From: an uncultured delta proteobacterium
GTDB lineage: Bacteria; Desulfobacterota; Desulfobaccia; Desulfobaccales; Desulfobaccaceae
Assembly: GCA_963780995.1 (NCBI GenBank)
Contig: CAWAEI010000013.1
Location: 7,550-71,549 of the forward strand
Direction: 5' to 3'
DNA: 64,000 nt
This document shows positions 22,741 to 32,026 of the stretch, one piece after another. The notes below the pieces were generated by a model. The model searched no databases, was not told the DNA's origin, and saw only the letters and a program-made list of their open reading frames with translations. The first letter of the stretch is position 1. Every line of letters begins with the position of its first letter. The position numbers were made by a program, and so were the translations under genes.

Positions 22741-23425
22741 TCAAATCGTCGGGTGGGCCCGGCCCACCATATTTCCCGCCGCTGCTAAACCATGCCGTAA
22801 AATATCCATCAATTCCCTGACCCGTTGGCCTAACTCCTCCTCCCCGGCCCGGTCCAACCCCAAAGCCACATCAAAAGCCGGGACGCTGACAGCCTGCAGA
22901 AACCGGTCCAGCAGGGCGTCCAGAAAAAAAGTGGTGGTCGCCAGCGGCAGATCCGGCCGCAGTTCTCCCCGCGCCAGACCCTGGCGCAGCAGTGATTGCA
23001 GATATTCCGCCGCGAACTGACGCACTGCCTGGAGCAGTTCCTGTCTTTGGGGGACCTGCTGGTCGAACAGGATTTTCAGATAAATTCCATAAATTTTGGG
23101 ATGCCGCCTTGATAAAGGCCACTCCGGCCAGCAGGGATTTTTCCAGGCGGGCGAAGAAATCCTCTTCCCGAGTGCTCTCTTTTACCTGCACCAGAATGCG
23201 CCTGACCACCGAAATGGCAAAATCGAAGATATATAAAAAAATACCTGTCTTATCGGTAAAATATTGATATAATGACCCTTTAGCGATCCCGGAGCGGGCC
23301 ACAATAACATTGAGGCTGGCCTGAGGGTAGCCTTTATCGGCGAATTCCGCCAAGGCGGCCTCGATGATACGGGCCTGCTTGGCTTCGGGAAGATTCAGAA
23401 AAGTGGGGCGGACGATTTCGGTCAT
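22741..23425 (-). CDS. TetR/AcrR family regulator (frameshift near 23105)
   Basis: PTFLNLPEAKQARIIEAALAEF...GIAKGSLYQYF HTH; C-terminus with GELRPDL in the next frame. Confidence 0.88.
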
Positions 23426-23440
23426 GGGCTAATGTTTCTC

Positions 23441-23485
23441 TATGTGACCAGTTGGTCATATCAAATTTCCCGCTTCTTTGTCAAG
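23441..23485 (-). promoter_or_regulatory. Sigma70 promoter with overlapping TGACCA-N2-TGGTCA palindrome (probable TetR operator)
   Basis: TTGACA at 23485-23480, TATGAC-like -10, and a palindrome at 23445-23458 just upstream of tetR. Confidence 0.65.
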
Positions 23486-23812
23486 AAGTTCAAATGTGGG
23501 TGGACCCACCTGAAATCCCTTGACACCGGCGTCGCCTTGTGGTGTACTTCCAAAAATATATTTTGCCCCCGAGTGTCTTTGTTTTCGGGGTGATTTTTTA
23601 AAGTCGGAAAATAATTCAACAAACTGATCAACGCTAACCCATACGAAAAGTGAAACTATTCGGATAGGCAATGAAGTGAGAGGCGGTGGCTCCATCTTCC
23701 TTCTTTGCCTATTATCTTTTTGCCTAGATGCCTTGATGAGTTGACCACGCGTCCGGGCCAGGCAGCACCTGCCGCCATCGCTAGGGGTCGGCGCCCATCC
23801 AGGAGAACCTAC

Positions 23813-26471
23813 ATGTCGGAGCCGTTGGAGAAGGTTTATAATCCAAGTGAAATTGAGCAAAAATGGTATGACTACTGGGAGGCCAATTCCCTGTTTCGGG
23901 CCGATGCTAACAGCAATCGCCCGCCCTACAGCCTAGTCATCCCGCCTCCGAATATTACCGGTTCCCTGCATATGGGCCATGCTCTCAACAACACCATGCA
24001 GGACATCCTCATCCGCGCCAAACGGATGCAAGGCTACAATGCCCTCTGGATGCCCGGCACCGACCACGCCGGCATCGCCACCCAGAACGTGGTGGAACGC
24101 ATGCTGGCCGCCGAGGGCAAGGATCGCCACCAGGTGGGCCGGGAAGCCTTTATTAAGCGGGTCTGGCAGTGGAAAGAAGAGTCCGGCGGCCGCATCATCA
24201 GCCAACTCAAGCGCCTGGGCTGCTCCTGTGACTGGAGCCGGGAACGCTTTACCATGGACGCCGGTCTATCCGCGGCGGTGCGGGAGGTCTTTGTCCGCCT
24301 CTATGAAGACGGTTTGATTTACAAAGGGGACTACATTATCAATTGGTGCCCCCGCTGTCAGACTGCCCTGGCCGATCTGGAAGTGGAGCACGAGACCAAA
24401 GACAGTTACCTCTACTATATCAAATATCCTCTTAGCCGATAATGGCAGCCATCTTACCGTGGCCACCACCCGGCCGGAGACCTGTTGGGCGATACCGCGG
24501 TGGCCATCAACCCCAGCGACCCCCGTTATACCAAATTCCACGGGGCTCACGTGCTGCTGCCGGTCTTGGGCCGCAAAATCCCGGTGATCACCGATGACTA
24601 TGTGGATATGGAATTCGGCACCGGCGCCCTCAAAGTCACCCCGGCCCATGATCTCAACGACTTTCACCTCGGCGCCCGGCATAACCTGCCGTCGATCCGG
24701 GTCATCGACGATCGGGGCCGCATGACCGAAGCAGCCGGTACAGTACCACGGCCTGGACCGCTTCGCCTGCCGGGACAAAATCGTCAAGGACCTGAAAGCC
24801 GACGGCCTGCTGGAAAAAGTGGAGAAATACGTCCACGGCGTCGGCCACTGTTACCGCTGCCGGACCGTGGTGGAGCCCATGCTCTCGAAACAGTGGTTCG
24901 TTGCGGTCAAACCCCTGGCCGAAGCGGCCATGGCCGCGGTGACCGACGGGCGCATCCGCATCATCCCGGCCATGTGGGAGAAGACCTTCTTCGAGTGGAT
25001 GAACAATATCCGGGATTGGTGCATTTCCCGCCAGATCTGGTGGGGCCACCGCATCCCGGCCTGGAACTGCCAGGAGTGCGGCGAAGTCATTGTTTCCCGG
25101 CAGACGCCCCCGGAATGCCCCAAGTGCCGCGGGTCGCAGCTGCTTCAGGAAGATGACGTCCTGGACACCTGGTTTTCCTCGGCTCTGTGGCCCTTTTCCA
25201 CCCTGGGCTGGCCGGAGCAGACCAAGGAGCTGCAGCTCTTTTATCCCACCTCCGTCCTGATCACCGGTTTTGACATCCTCTTTTTCTGGGTGGCCCGCAT
25301 GATGATGATGGGCCTCTACTTTACGAAGGACGTTCCCTTCCGGGAGGTCTATATCCACGCCCTGGTCCGGGACGCCGAAGGCCAGAAGATGAGCAAATCC
25401 AAGGGCAACGTGGTCGATCCCCTCGAGGTCATGGATCAGTACGGCACCGACGCCTTCCGCTTCTCCCTGGCCGCCTTTGCCGCCATGGGCCGGGACGTGC
25501 GCCTGTCCGAGGACCGCATCGCCGGCTACCGCAATTTTGTCAACAAGATCTGGAATGCCAGCCGTTTCACCCTGATGAACCTTGCCGACTTCGATACGGC
25601 CGCGGCTGCCCAAGATACGCTCCCTCTCACTGTGGAGGAGCGCTGGCTCGTCAGCCGTCTGCAGCAGGTCAGCCAGGGAGTGGCCGAAGCCCTGGATTCC
25701 TATAATTTCGACCAGGCCGCCCACCAGCTCTATCAGTTCGCCTGGCACGAATTCTGCGACTGGTACCTGGAGCTCATCAAACCGGCGTTGTATGACAGCC
25801 AGGACCCAGCCATTAAGCGGCACACCCAGAAAGTGCTGCAGGAAATCCTGAGCGCCCTGCTGAGGCTGCTGCACCCCTTCATGCCCTTTGTCACCGAGGA
25901 AATCTGGCACAAGCTGCCTGGCGCCCAGGGCAGCATTATGGTGGCGCCCTTCCCCGTGGCCCAACCGGAACTCCTGGACCCCGCGGCCGAAGCCGAAATG
26001 ACTCTGCTCATGGCCGTCATCACCGCCATCAGAAACCTCCGGGGTGAAATGAATGTCCCCCCGGGCACCAGGGCCCCGATCCGGTTCTACAGCCCCAATG
26101 CGGCTGCTTTGGCCACCCTGGGCCACCATGCCAGGTCCCTGGAAATCCTGGCCAAGGTCGATGGCCTGGCCTTCAATCCTGCCGGCGACCGCCCCCAGGC
26201 CGCGGCCAAGGCCGTGGTGGCGGACGTGGAAATTTACCTGCCCCTGGCCGGCCTCATCGACTATGCCGAAGAAGACCGCCGCCTCACCAAAGAACTGGAC
26301 AAGATCGGCAAGGACCTGACCACGGCCCAACGCAAGCTGGCCAACGAGGACTTCGTCGCCAAGGCCCCGGCCGACGTGGTGGCCAAAGAGCAGGAGAAGG
26401 TCCAGACCCTCACCGAAAAACTGGCCAAACTCAAGAGCCACAAGGAAAAGATCAAGGCTTTGACCGCCTGA
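23813..26471 (+). CDS. valS: Valine--tRNA ligase (frameshifts near 24440-24480 and 24740)
   Basis: [28 protein letters not shown], and C-terminal coiled coil FVAKAP. Confidence 0.96.
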
Positions 26472-26494
26472 TTTCAAATTTTCGCAAGAGAATC

Positions 26495-26520
26495 GTAGGG
26501 GCGGGGTTACCCCGCCCCTT
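26495..26520. repeat. GTAG-type REP hairpin
   Basis: GTAGGGGCGGGGTTACCCCGCCCCT. Confidence 0.7.
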
Positions 26521-26552
26521 CAAAACCAATCCGGTGTAAACCGTTACCTTAT

Positions 26553-26608
26553 TTCCTCGTGCCCAAGTTGTACTTGGGCACGTTAAAATGTTTGCCCAGC
26601 TTCGCTTG
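26553..26608. repeat. CCCAAG/CTTGGG double-hairpin repeat family copy
   Basis: CTCGTGCCCAAG..CTTGGGCACG..TTTGCCCAGCTT.GCTTG; related copies at 27531, 31102, 51655 and 51762. Confidence 0.7.
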
Positions 26609-26651
26609 TCCACCTTCTAATACCTTGATGCCCAGTAAGAATCCCTGTAAT

Positions 26652-26673
26652 TTGTATCTCATTTGTGATACAA
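26652..26673. promoter_or_regulatory. Palindromic operator of the dinJ-yafQ-like operon
   Basis: TTGTATCTCATTTGTGATACAA overlapping a TACAAT -10. Confidence 0.6.
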
Positions 26674-26703
26674 TAATCCAAAACTTTCCTGGAGGTTCGG
26701 CTC

Positions 26704-26964
26704 ATGCCAAAATCTGCCACCATCCACGCCCGGATTGAACCCCAGTTAAAAGAAGAAGTCGAGGAGATTCTTAAAAAACTGGGACTCAATACTACTCAGG
26801 CCATCACCCTTTTCTATCAACAGATCAAACTTACTCAGGGGTTGCCGTTCGCCCTCAGGTTGCCTAACCAGACAACCCGGCAAACTTTCGAGGATACCGA
26901 TGCCGGTAAGAACCTGGTGGCATGTCGGGATGCCGATGATCTTTTCCAAAAACTGGGAATGTAA
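26704..26964 (+). CDS. RelB/DinJ family antitoxin
   Basis: TIHARIEPQLKEE...LGLNTTQAITLFYQQI...GLPF...PNQTT. Confidence 0.9.
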   Translation: MPKSATIHARIEPQLKEEVEEILKKLGLNTTQAITLFYQQIKLTQGLPFALRLPNQTTRQTFEDTDAGKNLVACRDADDLFQKLGM

Positions 26965-27239
26965 TGCTCCGCCCAGTTTATACCCGACAATTCGGTAAAG
27001 ACATCAAACGATTGCCGCGCTCCGGACAGCCCCTGGAGGAATTGAAAACCGTCATCCGAAACTTAATTGCTGAAATTTCCCTACCCCCCAAATATCGGGA
27101 TCACCTGCTTATCGGCAACTGGCAGGGACGACGGGAATGTCATGTCCGACCCGATTTGCTGCTCATTTATAAAATCGATCCGCAGAATCAAAGCATTATC
27201 TTTGAGCGTGTTGGCAGCCACGCAGACTTATTCGGCTAA
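26964..27239 (+). CDS. YafQ family mRNA interferase toxin
   Basis: YRDHLLIGNWQGRRECHVRPDLLLIY...RVGSHADLF; translationally coupled (TAATG). Confidence 0.92.
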   Translation: MLRPVYTRQFGKDIKRLPRSGQPLEELKTVIRNLIAEISLPPKYRDHLLIGNWQGRRECHVRPDLLLIYKIDPQNQSIIFERVGSHADLFG

Positions 27240-27313
27240 GGGAATGGGGGCAAGGGCAAAGTAAAATTACGGCCGGCTAAACTTCACCGTTCCTAAAAAA
27301 AAGAGGAGGTCAC

Positions 27314-27472
27314 ATGCAAAAATATAAATGCACCGTCTGTGGCTATGTTTACGATCCCGCGAAGGCGACCCCATGGGCAATATCCCTCCCGGCACTAAGT
27401 TCGAAGCCTCCCAACTCCTGGAGCTGCCCCCACTGCGGCGCCTTCAAGACCTCCTTTGAACCGGAAGGGTGA
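27314..27472 (+). CDS. Rubredoxin (frameshifted; missed by ORF track)
   Basis: GGAGG RBS, MQKYKCTVCGYVYDP, then EGDPMGNIPPGTKFE and LPNSWSCPHCGAFKTSFEPEG in shifted frames. Confidence 0.88.
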   Translation: MQKYKCTVCGYVYDPAKATPWAISLPALSSKPPNSWSCPHCGAFKTSFEPEG

Positions 27473-27497
27473 GGGCAGGGAGCTATGATTTTAATGT

Positions 27498-27589
27498 GTA
27501 GGGCGGGAAAGCGAAGCGCATCCCGCCGTTCTCCTCGTTCCCAAGCTCCAGCTTGGGAGCGCCATAGTCCCGCCAAGCTCCCGCTTGGC
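27498..27589. repeat. GTAG REP plus CCCAAG-family hairpins
   Basis: GTAGGGCGGGAAAGCGAAGCGCATCCCGCC followed by CTCGTTCCCAAGCTCCAGCTTGGGAGCG. Confidence 0.7.
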
Positions 27590-27601
27590 CGCCCTCTGGT
27601 T

Positions 27602-30364
27602 TTACTGTTCCCGACAGGATTCCGCCACCTTCACCAAAAATTCTTCTTGTTCTGCCTTTTTTAGCTGGCTCAAAGGTCTTTCGGGGGGATTTATCGACTG
27701 GAACTTGCTCAGCGGCTCTAAATTTTTAACAAGACACGGCGTTAGAATAACTGGAATAATCCGGCACCCTCCTCTCTCGGCTTTTTCCAGAATTTTCGGC
27801 AGCTCGTTGTTGGCGATGAAATCTGAGGCCAGAAAATCGGCGCTGATAAGCAGAATCGCCACTTTGGCGGCGGCCAGAGCCGCCTCGATCTCCCGTTGCC
27901 AGTCCATTCCCGGTTTAATTCTCGTGTCGTCCCAGAGATCGATGCCCCCGCCTCGCACCAATGGCTTTAAATGCGTCTGCAGCCGTTCCAGCCATTTAGC
28001 ATCTTTATGGCTGTAACTGACGAACACCTCGGCGCCGTCCTTTGGTCTGCTTCCCTCCTCTTCCCCCTGCCTCGTCCAATAAATCCTGCACGAGCACCAT
28101 GTCGCCGCTTTCCTGGCATTGCCTCTCTCTTATCCCTTTGGCTTGGAAATCCCTGAGTTTCTCGAAGGGATGAAATCCCGGCTCCTGGGCCTTCAAGCAC
28201 TGGCTGCAGATACAGGGAACCAACTTCTGATACCTGTCCTTCAGCCTCGGGTACGAATCGTGGATCTCATCCAATCTGTCCATAATGATGGTCCGCAGGT
28301 CCTGCGGGCGTCGGCCCGCCACCCGGATGGTAGTCCTGCCGTAATGCTCCATCACCTCGGCTTTGGCCCCATCCTTCTCCAGCACCACCCCGGTCCGCCA
28401 GACCAGGTTTTGGTCGGCTATCAGGCGGTGCATCTCCACGATGAACCGCGTCAGGATGCCTTTGGGCATAAAATCATACGTGTAGCGCAAAAACAGGTTG
28501 CCGGTCTCGTCCCAGTCATAGTCTGGCTGGTTTTTCGTCAGGAGCTGGGGGGCGATATAACTCCCTGGGGCGCCGCGTATTTCATAGCAGAGTTTGAACC
28601 TGATCATGAGCTGCAGCAGTTCAGCCTGGCGGTTGACGTATTCCGGGCCGCTCCAGATATCCGCCAGATCAGACTGGTTGAATCGTCCCAAATTTTCCAT
28701 CACTCGTGGATTATCCAGCACCTTATAGACCGCCGCCGTGCCCCATTCCGGTTTCAAGATAACGGTATTCTTTAAAATCAGGTCGTCCTGGAAGTGCAGG
28801 CACACCCCCAGGTCGTGCAGGTAGCCGCTCAACTGCAGTTTGTCCTGGAGTTCGGTGAACCCGTGCTGCTGGCAGATCGCCAGATACTCCTGGAAATCCA
28901 TATAGTTTCGGGGGTCGCTCTCCAGGGCCTCCCGCACCTTGACCCAGGTCTTGGGGAGAGCTGCGCCCACGTGGGCCAGCCTGGTCATCTGGTATTTGAT
29001 TTCCTCCAGAATCTGGTCCAGACCCCGGTTGTCTTTCAGGTTGGTGGTCAAGATCTTCTTGAGATTGGTGAACTGTCCCCGGAGTTGGCGCTCACTGATC
29101 TCCCAGCGGCGGTCCTGCTTTTCATTGAGAATGACGAGCAGGGGGCTGTTGTCGCTCAGAAGTTCCACGACATTGAGCCAGTAGTAAAAGTCGGTTTTCT
29201 GCTCCCGGGCATCAGCTAACACGATATACAGGGATCGTTTGGTGAGGAAAAACTGGTGGGTGGCGTGGTAGATTTCCTGGCCGCCGAAATCCCAGATGTT
29301 AACCCGAAAAGACTTTCCTTTCCCCAGCGGAAAATTCCAGGTGGTGACGTTCATACCCTCGGTTGAGGCTTCATCTTCCCTCAATTGAAAGTGTGGCTCG
29401 ATGATTTTGTGTGCCAGGGAAGTTTTCCCCGCCCCCGGCTCCCCCACGATGATGAGCTTGGCTTCGAACAGTTGTTCTGTTCCCTGGACCTCCACCTGCC
29501 GGAAATACTCCCGGATCGCCGCGATTCCCTTGACGGCAACCTCCAGCGGCGGCCTCTCCAGGGGGTTCCAGTCCACTTCCAATTCTTTGAGATTCTCGAG
29601 CTCGCAGATCTCCGGGGGCAGGGCCGTGAGCTGATTGAATCCTGGAGGTCAAGTTCTGCAGGTTGGCCAGGTTGGCCGATCTCCGGCGGCAGGGCCGTGA
29701 GCTGATTGCTCCCAGAGGCCAAGGCCTGATTCATCGGCAATGTTGGTCCGTAGATTAAGGTCCTGTAGATTTCCGGTTGGCGAGGGCCGTGAGCTGATTG
29801 TTCCCCGAGGTGAAGTTTCTTGCAGGTTGGCTAGGTTGGCCAGATCTGCTGAATCGGCAGGGCCGTGAGCTGATTGCTATGAAAGGTCAAGTGTCTGTAA
29901 GATTGGCCAGTTGGCCAGATCTCCTGGGGGCAGCGCTGTAAGCTGATTGCCTCCCGAGGCAAAGTGTCTGCAGGTTGGCCAAGCTGGCCGATCTCCGGTG
30001 GCAGGGCTGTGAGCTGATTGCCCCCGAGGTAAAGTGTCCTGTAGCTTGGCCAGTCGACCGATCTCTGGCGGTAGGGCCGTGAGCTGATTGTTATGGAGGT
30101 AAAGTTTCTGCAGGTTGGCCAGTTGGCCGATGTCCGGCGACAGGGCGGCAAGCTGATTGTAAGAGAGGCTGAAGTGTCTGCAGGTTGGCCAGCTGCGATC
30201 TCTGGCGGCAGGGCTTCAGTTGATTATCCCTGAGGTCAAGTGTCTGCAGGTTGGCCAGGTGGCCGATCTCCGGGGGCAGTTCGGTTATGCCCTATTCCGA
30301 TAAATCTAATTCCGTGGCATCCTGTGTTTTCGAGAAGATACTCTCTCAGTTCATCCGTGGTCAT
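27602..30364 (-). CDS. Roco protein: LRR-Roc GTPase-COR-TIR (multiple frameshifts)
   Basis: LRRs (NQLTALPPEIGQL), P-loop GEPGAGKTS, WDFGGQE, COR (LHDLGVCLHF, YDFMPKG), and TIR (FVSYSHKD, WDD, FLASDFIANNEL) joined by a frameshift near 28025. Confidence 0.85.
29560..30290 (-). repeat. ~69-bp tandem repeats encoding 23-aa LRRs (about 10 units)
   Basis: Recurring GGCCGATCTCCGGCGGCAGGGCCGTGAGCTGATTG variants. Confidence 0.85.
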
Positions 30365-30432
30365 GGCCTTGCCCTTAAAATATTAATCCCCGATTTATTA
30401 TTCCGGCAGATTTACATGGTAGTGCACCGAAG

Positions 30433-30687
30433 CTATTCGGCCACCCGCAGCTCCTCCCGGATCACCCGGCGCAGGGTTTCTTCCAGGAGATCATCTTGCC
30501 GTTGGATGTAAGACCGTAGGGCATCGTTGATCATGGTCTGGTAATTGCCGCCGCCCTTTTGGTTCACCTGGTCCCGGAACCAGTCGACAATGTCGGTATC
30601 TAGGCGGATGGTGATCCGGGTTTTGCCGGGTTGTATCTGCTCCACCGGGCCTCGTTTGGCCTGGCTGAAATCATATTCTTTTCTCAT
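30433..30687 (-). CDS. BrnA family antitoxin
   Basis: MRKEYDFS, KTRITIRLDTDIVDWFR and YQTMINDALR. Confidence 0.9.
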   Translation of the reverse strand: MRKEYDFSQAKRGPVEQIQPGKTRITIRLDTDIVDWFRDQVNQKGGGNYQTMINDALRSYIQRQDDLLEETLRRVIREELRVAE

Positions 30688-30943
30688 AATTTTTAATCTC
30701 CTTTTTAGTGGCCGGGCGGGCGGATATGAGGCGTATCTTATCCCCGCGATAGGTGTAGACGACTACCAGAATATGTCCTAGAAAATCCAGACCTAAAGTT
30801 ATAAAACGTTGCTCACCTTCGCCGTCAGGGTCTTCAATAGTAAGGGCATAAGGATCTCCAAATACTCCGATGGCATCAGTAAAGTCAATCCTATGTTTCT
30901 GACGATTGGAGAGTGCCTTTTCAGAGTCCCATTGGTAGATCAT
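30671..30943 (-). CDS. BrnT family toxin
   Basis: WDSEKALSNRQKHRIDF, EQRFITLG and IRLISARPAT. Confidence 0.92.
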   Translation of the reverse strand: MIYQWDSEKALSNRQKHRIDFTDAIGVFGDPYALTIEDPDGEGEQRFITLGLDFLGHILVVVYTYRGDKIRLISARPATKKEIKNYEKRI

Positions 30944-30949
30944 GGCTTT

Positions 30950-30978
30950 ATTGTATGCACATCATACATACATGTCAA
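30950..30978 (-). promoter_or_regulatory. brnTA promoter (TTGACA-17-TACAAT) with TGTATG-N5-CATACA operator
   Basis: Near-consensus hexamers at exact spacing; -10 lies 6 nt from the ATG. Confidence 0.75.
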
Positions 30979-31024
30979 ATAAAAAGGAGGGGGCCTTCCG
31001 GTTCGATCCCTTCCTTACCTCACT

Positions 31025-31900
31025 TCTTCGTGACATCCGTCTCAGGTGCGCTGTCTTTTTCAGCCCATTCCCTATATTATGTCGCTAATGTCCGGGTTCC
31101 CCTCCTCGTGCCCAAGTCTCCGGTGCGCTACTTGGGCACGTCTAAGACATGTTTGCCCAGCTTGGCTTGGCCACTTCGGGCTATCCTCTTACTCCACGCC
31201 ATATTCGGTCCTCCCCCGTCTCCCTTTCCGTGACATCTGTCTCCAGGTGCGCTTTCTTTTTTTCGCCCAATATCTATACTATTGACCCTAAAGCGGGAAT
31301 GGCGACCGGTCTCCCGGTCTTCGGTTCCGGGCTGGCTCCGTGGCGGCGGACTTGCCCCGAGCCGAAGCCGTCCCGGCCGGCACAACCTTCTGCCCTCGCC
31401 CCCAGGTTAACAAAGCGACGGCGCGAGACCGCGCCAAAGCAGCGCGAACCAAGCGCGAAATTACCGCGAAATTAGCGCAAAAATCGCTCTCTAAAGGAAA
31501 TATATTAAATAAAATCAATGAAGATGTCTGTCGTCGAAAATTTTTTCGAAAGAAGCGGGAAAAAAGTGGGAAATTGGCGGGAAATCTCACAGGTAATCGG
31601 CTATATTACCATGAATTACCATAAGTTATCCGAAAATAAATTTTTTGCCGAAAAAGTGGGAAATGGCGGCCGGTCTTCCGGTCTTCGGTCCGGGCTGGTT
31701 CGTGGCGGCGGACTCAACCCGAGCCTAAGCCGTCCCGGCCGGCCCCAAACCTTCTGCCCTCGCTCCCCGGTTAACAAAGCGATGGCGCCAGGCCGCGCCA
31801 AAGCAGCGCGAAATAAGCGCGAAATTACCGCGAAATGAGCGCGAAAAGTAAGCCATAATAATATAATAGCAATGTAATATTAATAAGATACGCTAAATTA
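31025..31900 (+). repeat. Degenerate, duplicated copies of an interspersed element (left motif x2; ~190-bp direct repeat at 31293-31482 and 31657-31847)
   Basis: Direct alignment of the two segments; shares motifs with 48715-49740. Confidence 0.75.
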
Positions 31901-32026
31901 AAAAAGTTGCCGGAAAATAACCCGGCCGCTTTCTTTTTTCATGCACGCTTTTTATTATGCGGGAAGGCTTTTTCGTAGGGTAAGTCTAAACCGCGCTGAG
32001 CCTGGCCTGGCCTCTCTTTCCTGATT

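Noticed and set aside
23500-23812. T-box riboswitch upstream of valS
   Set aside because: No GGTGGNACCGCG T-box sequence or terminator/antiterminator pair found.
24702-26477. 591-aa antisense ORF opposite valS (and similar shadow ORFs elsewhere)
   Set aside because: Expected from high-GC3 codon bias on the opposite strand; no recognisable motifs.
29560-30290. CRISPR array
   Set aside because: The repeats are 69-bp coding units translating to LRRs, with no unique spacers and no cas genes.
31046-31838. Short ORFs in the 31-kb region as real genes
   Set aside because: They are translations of the repeat motifs in several frames with no RBS or domain signal; treated as element remnants.
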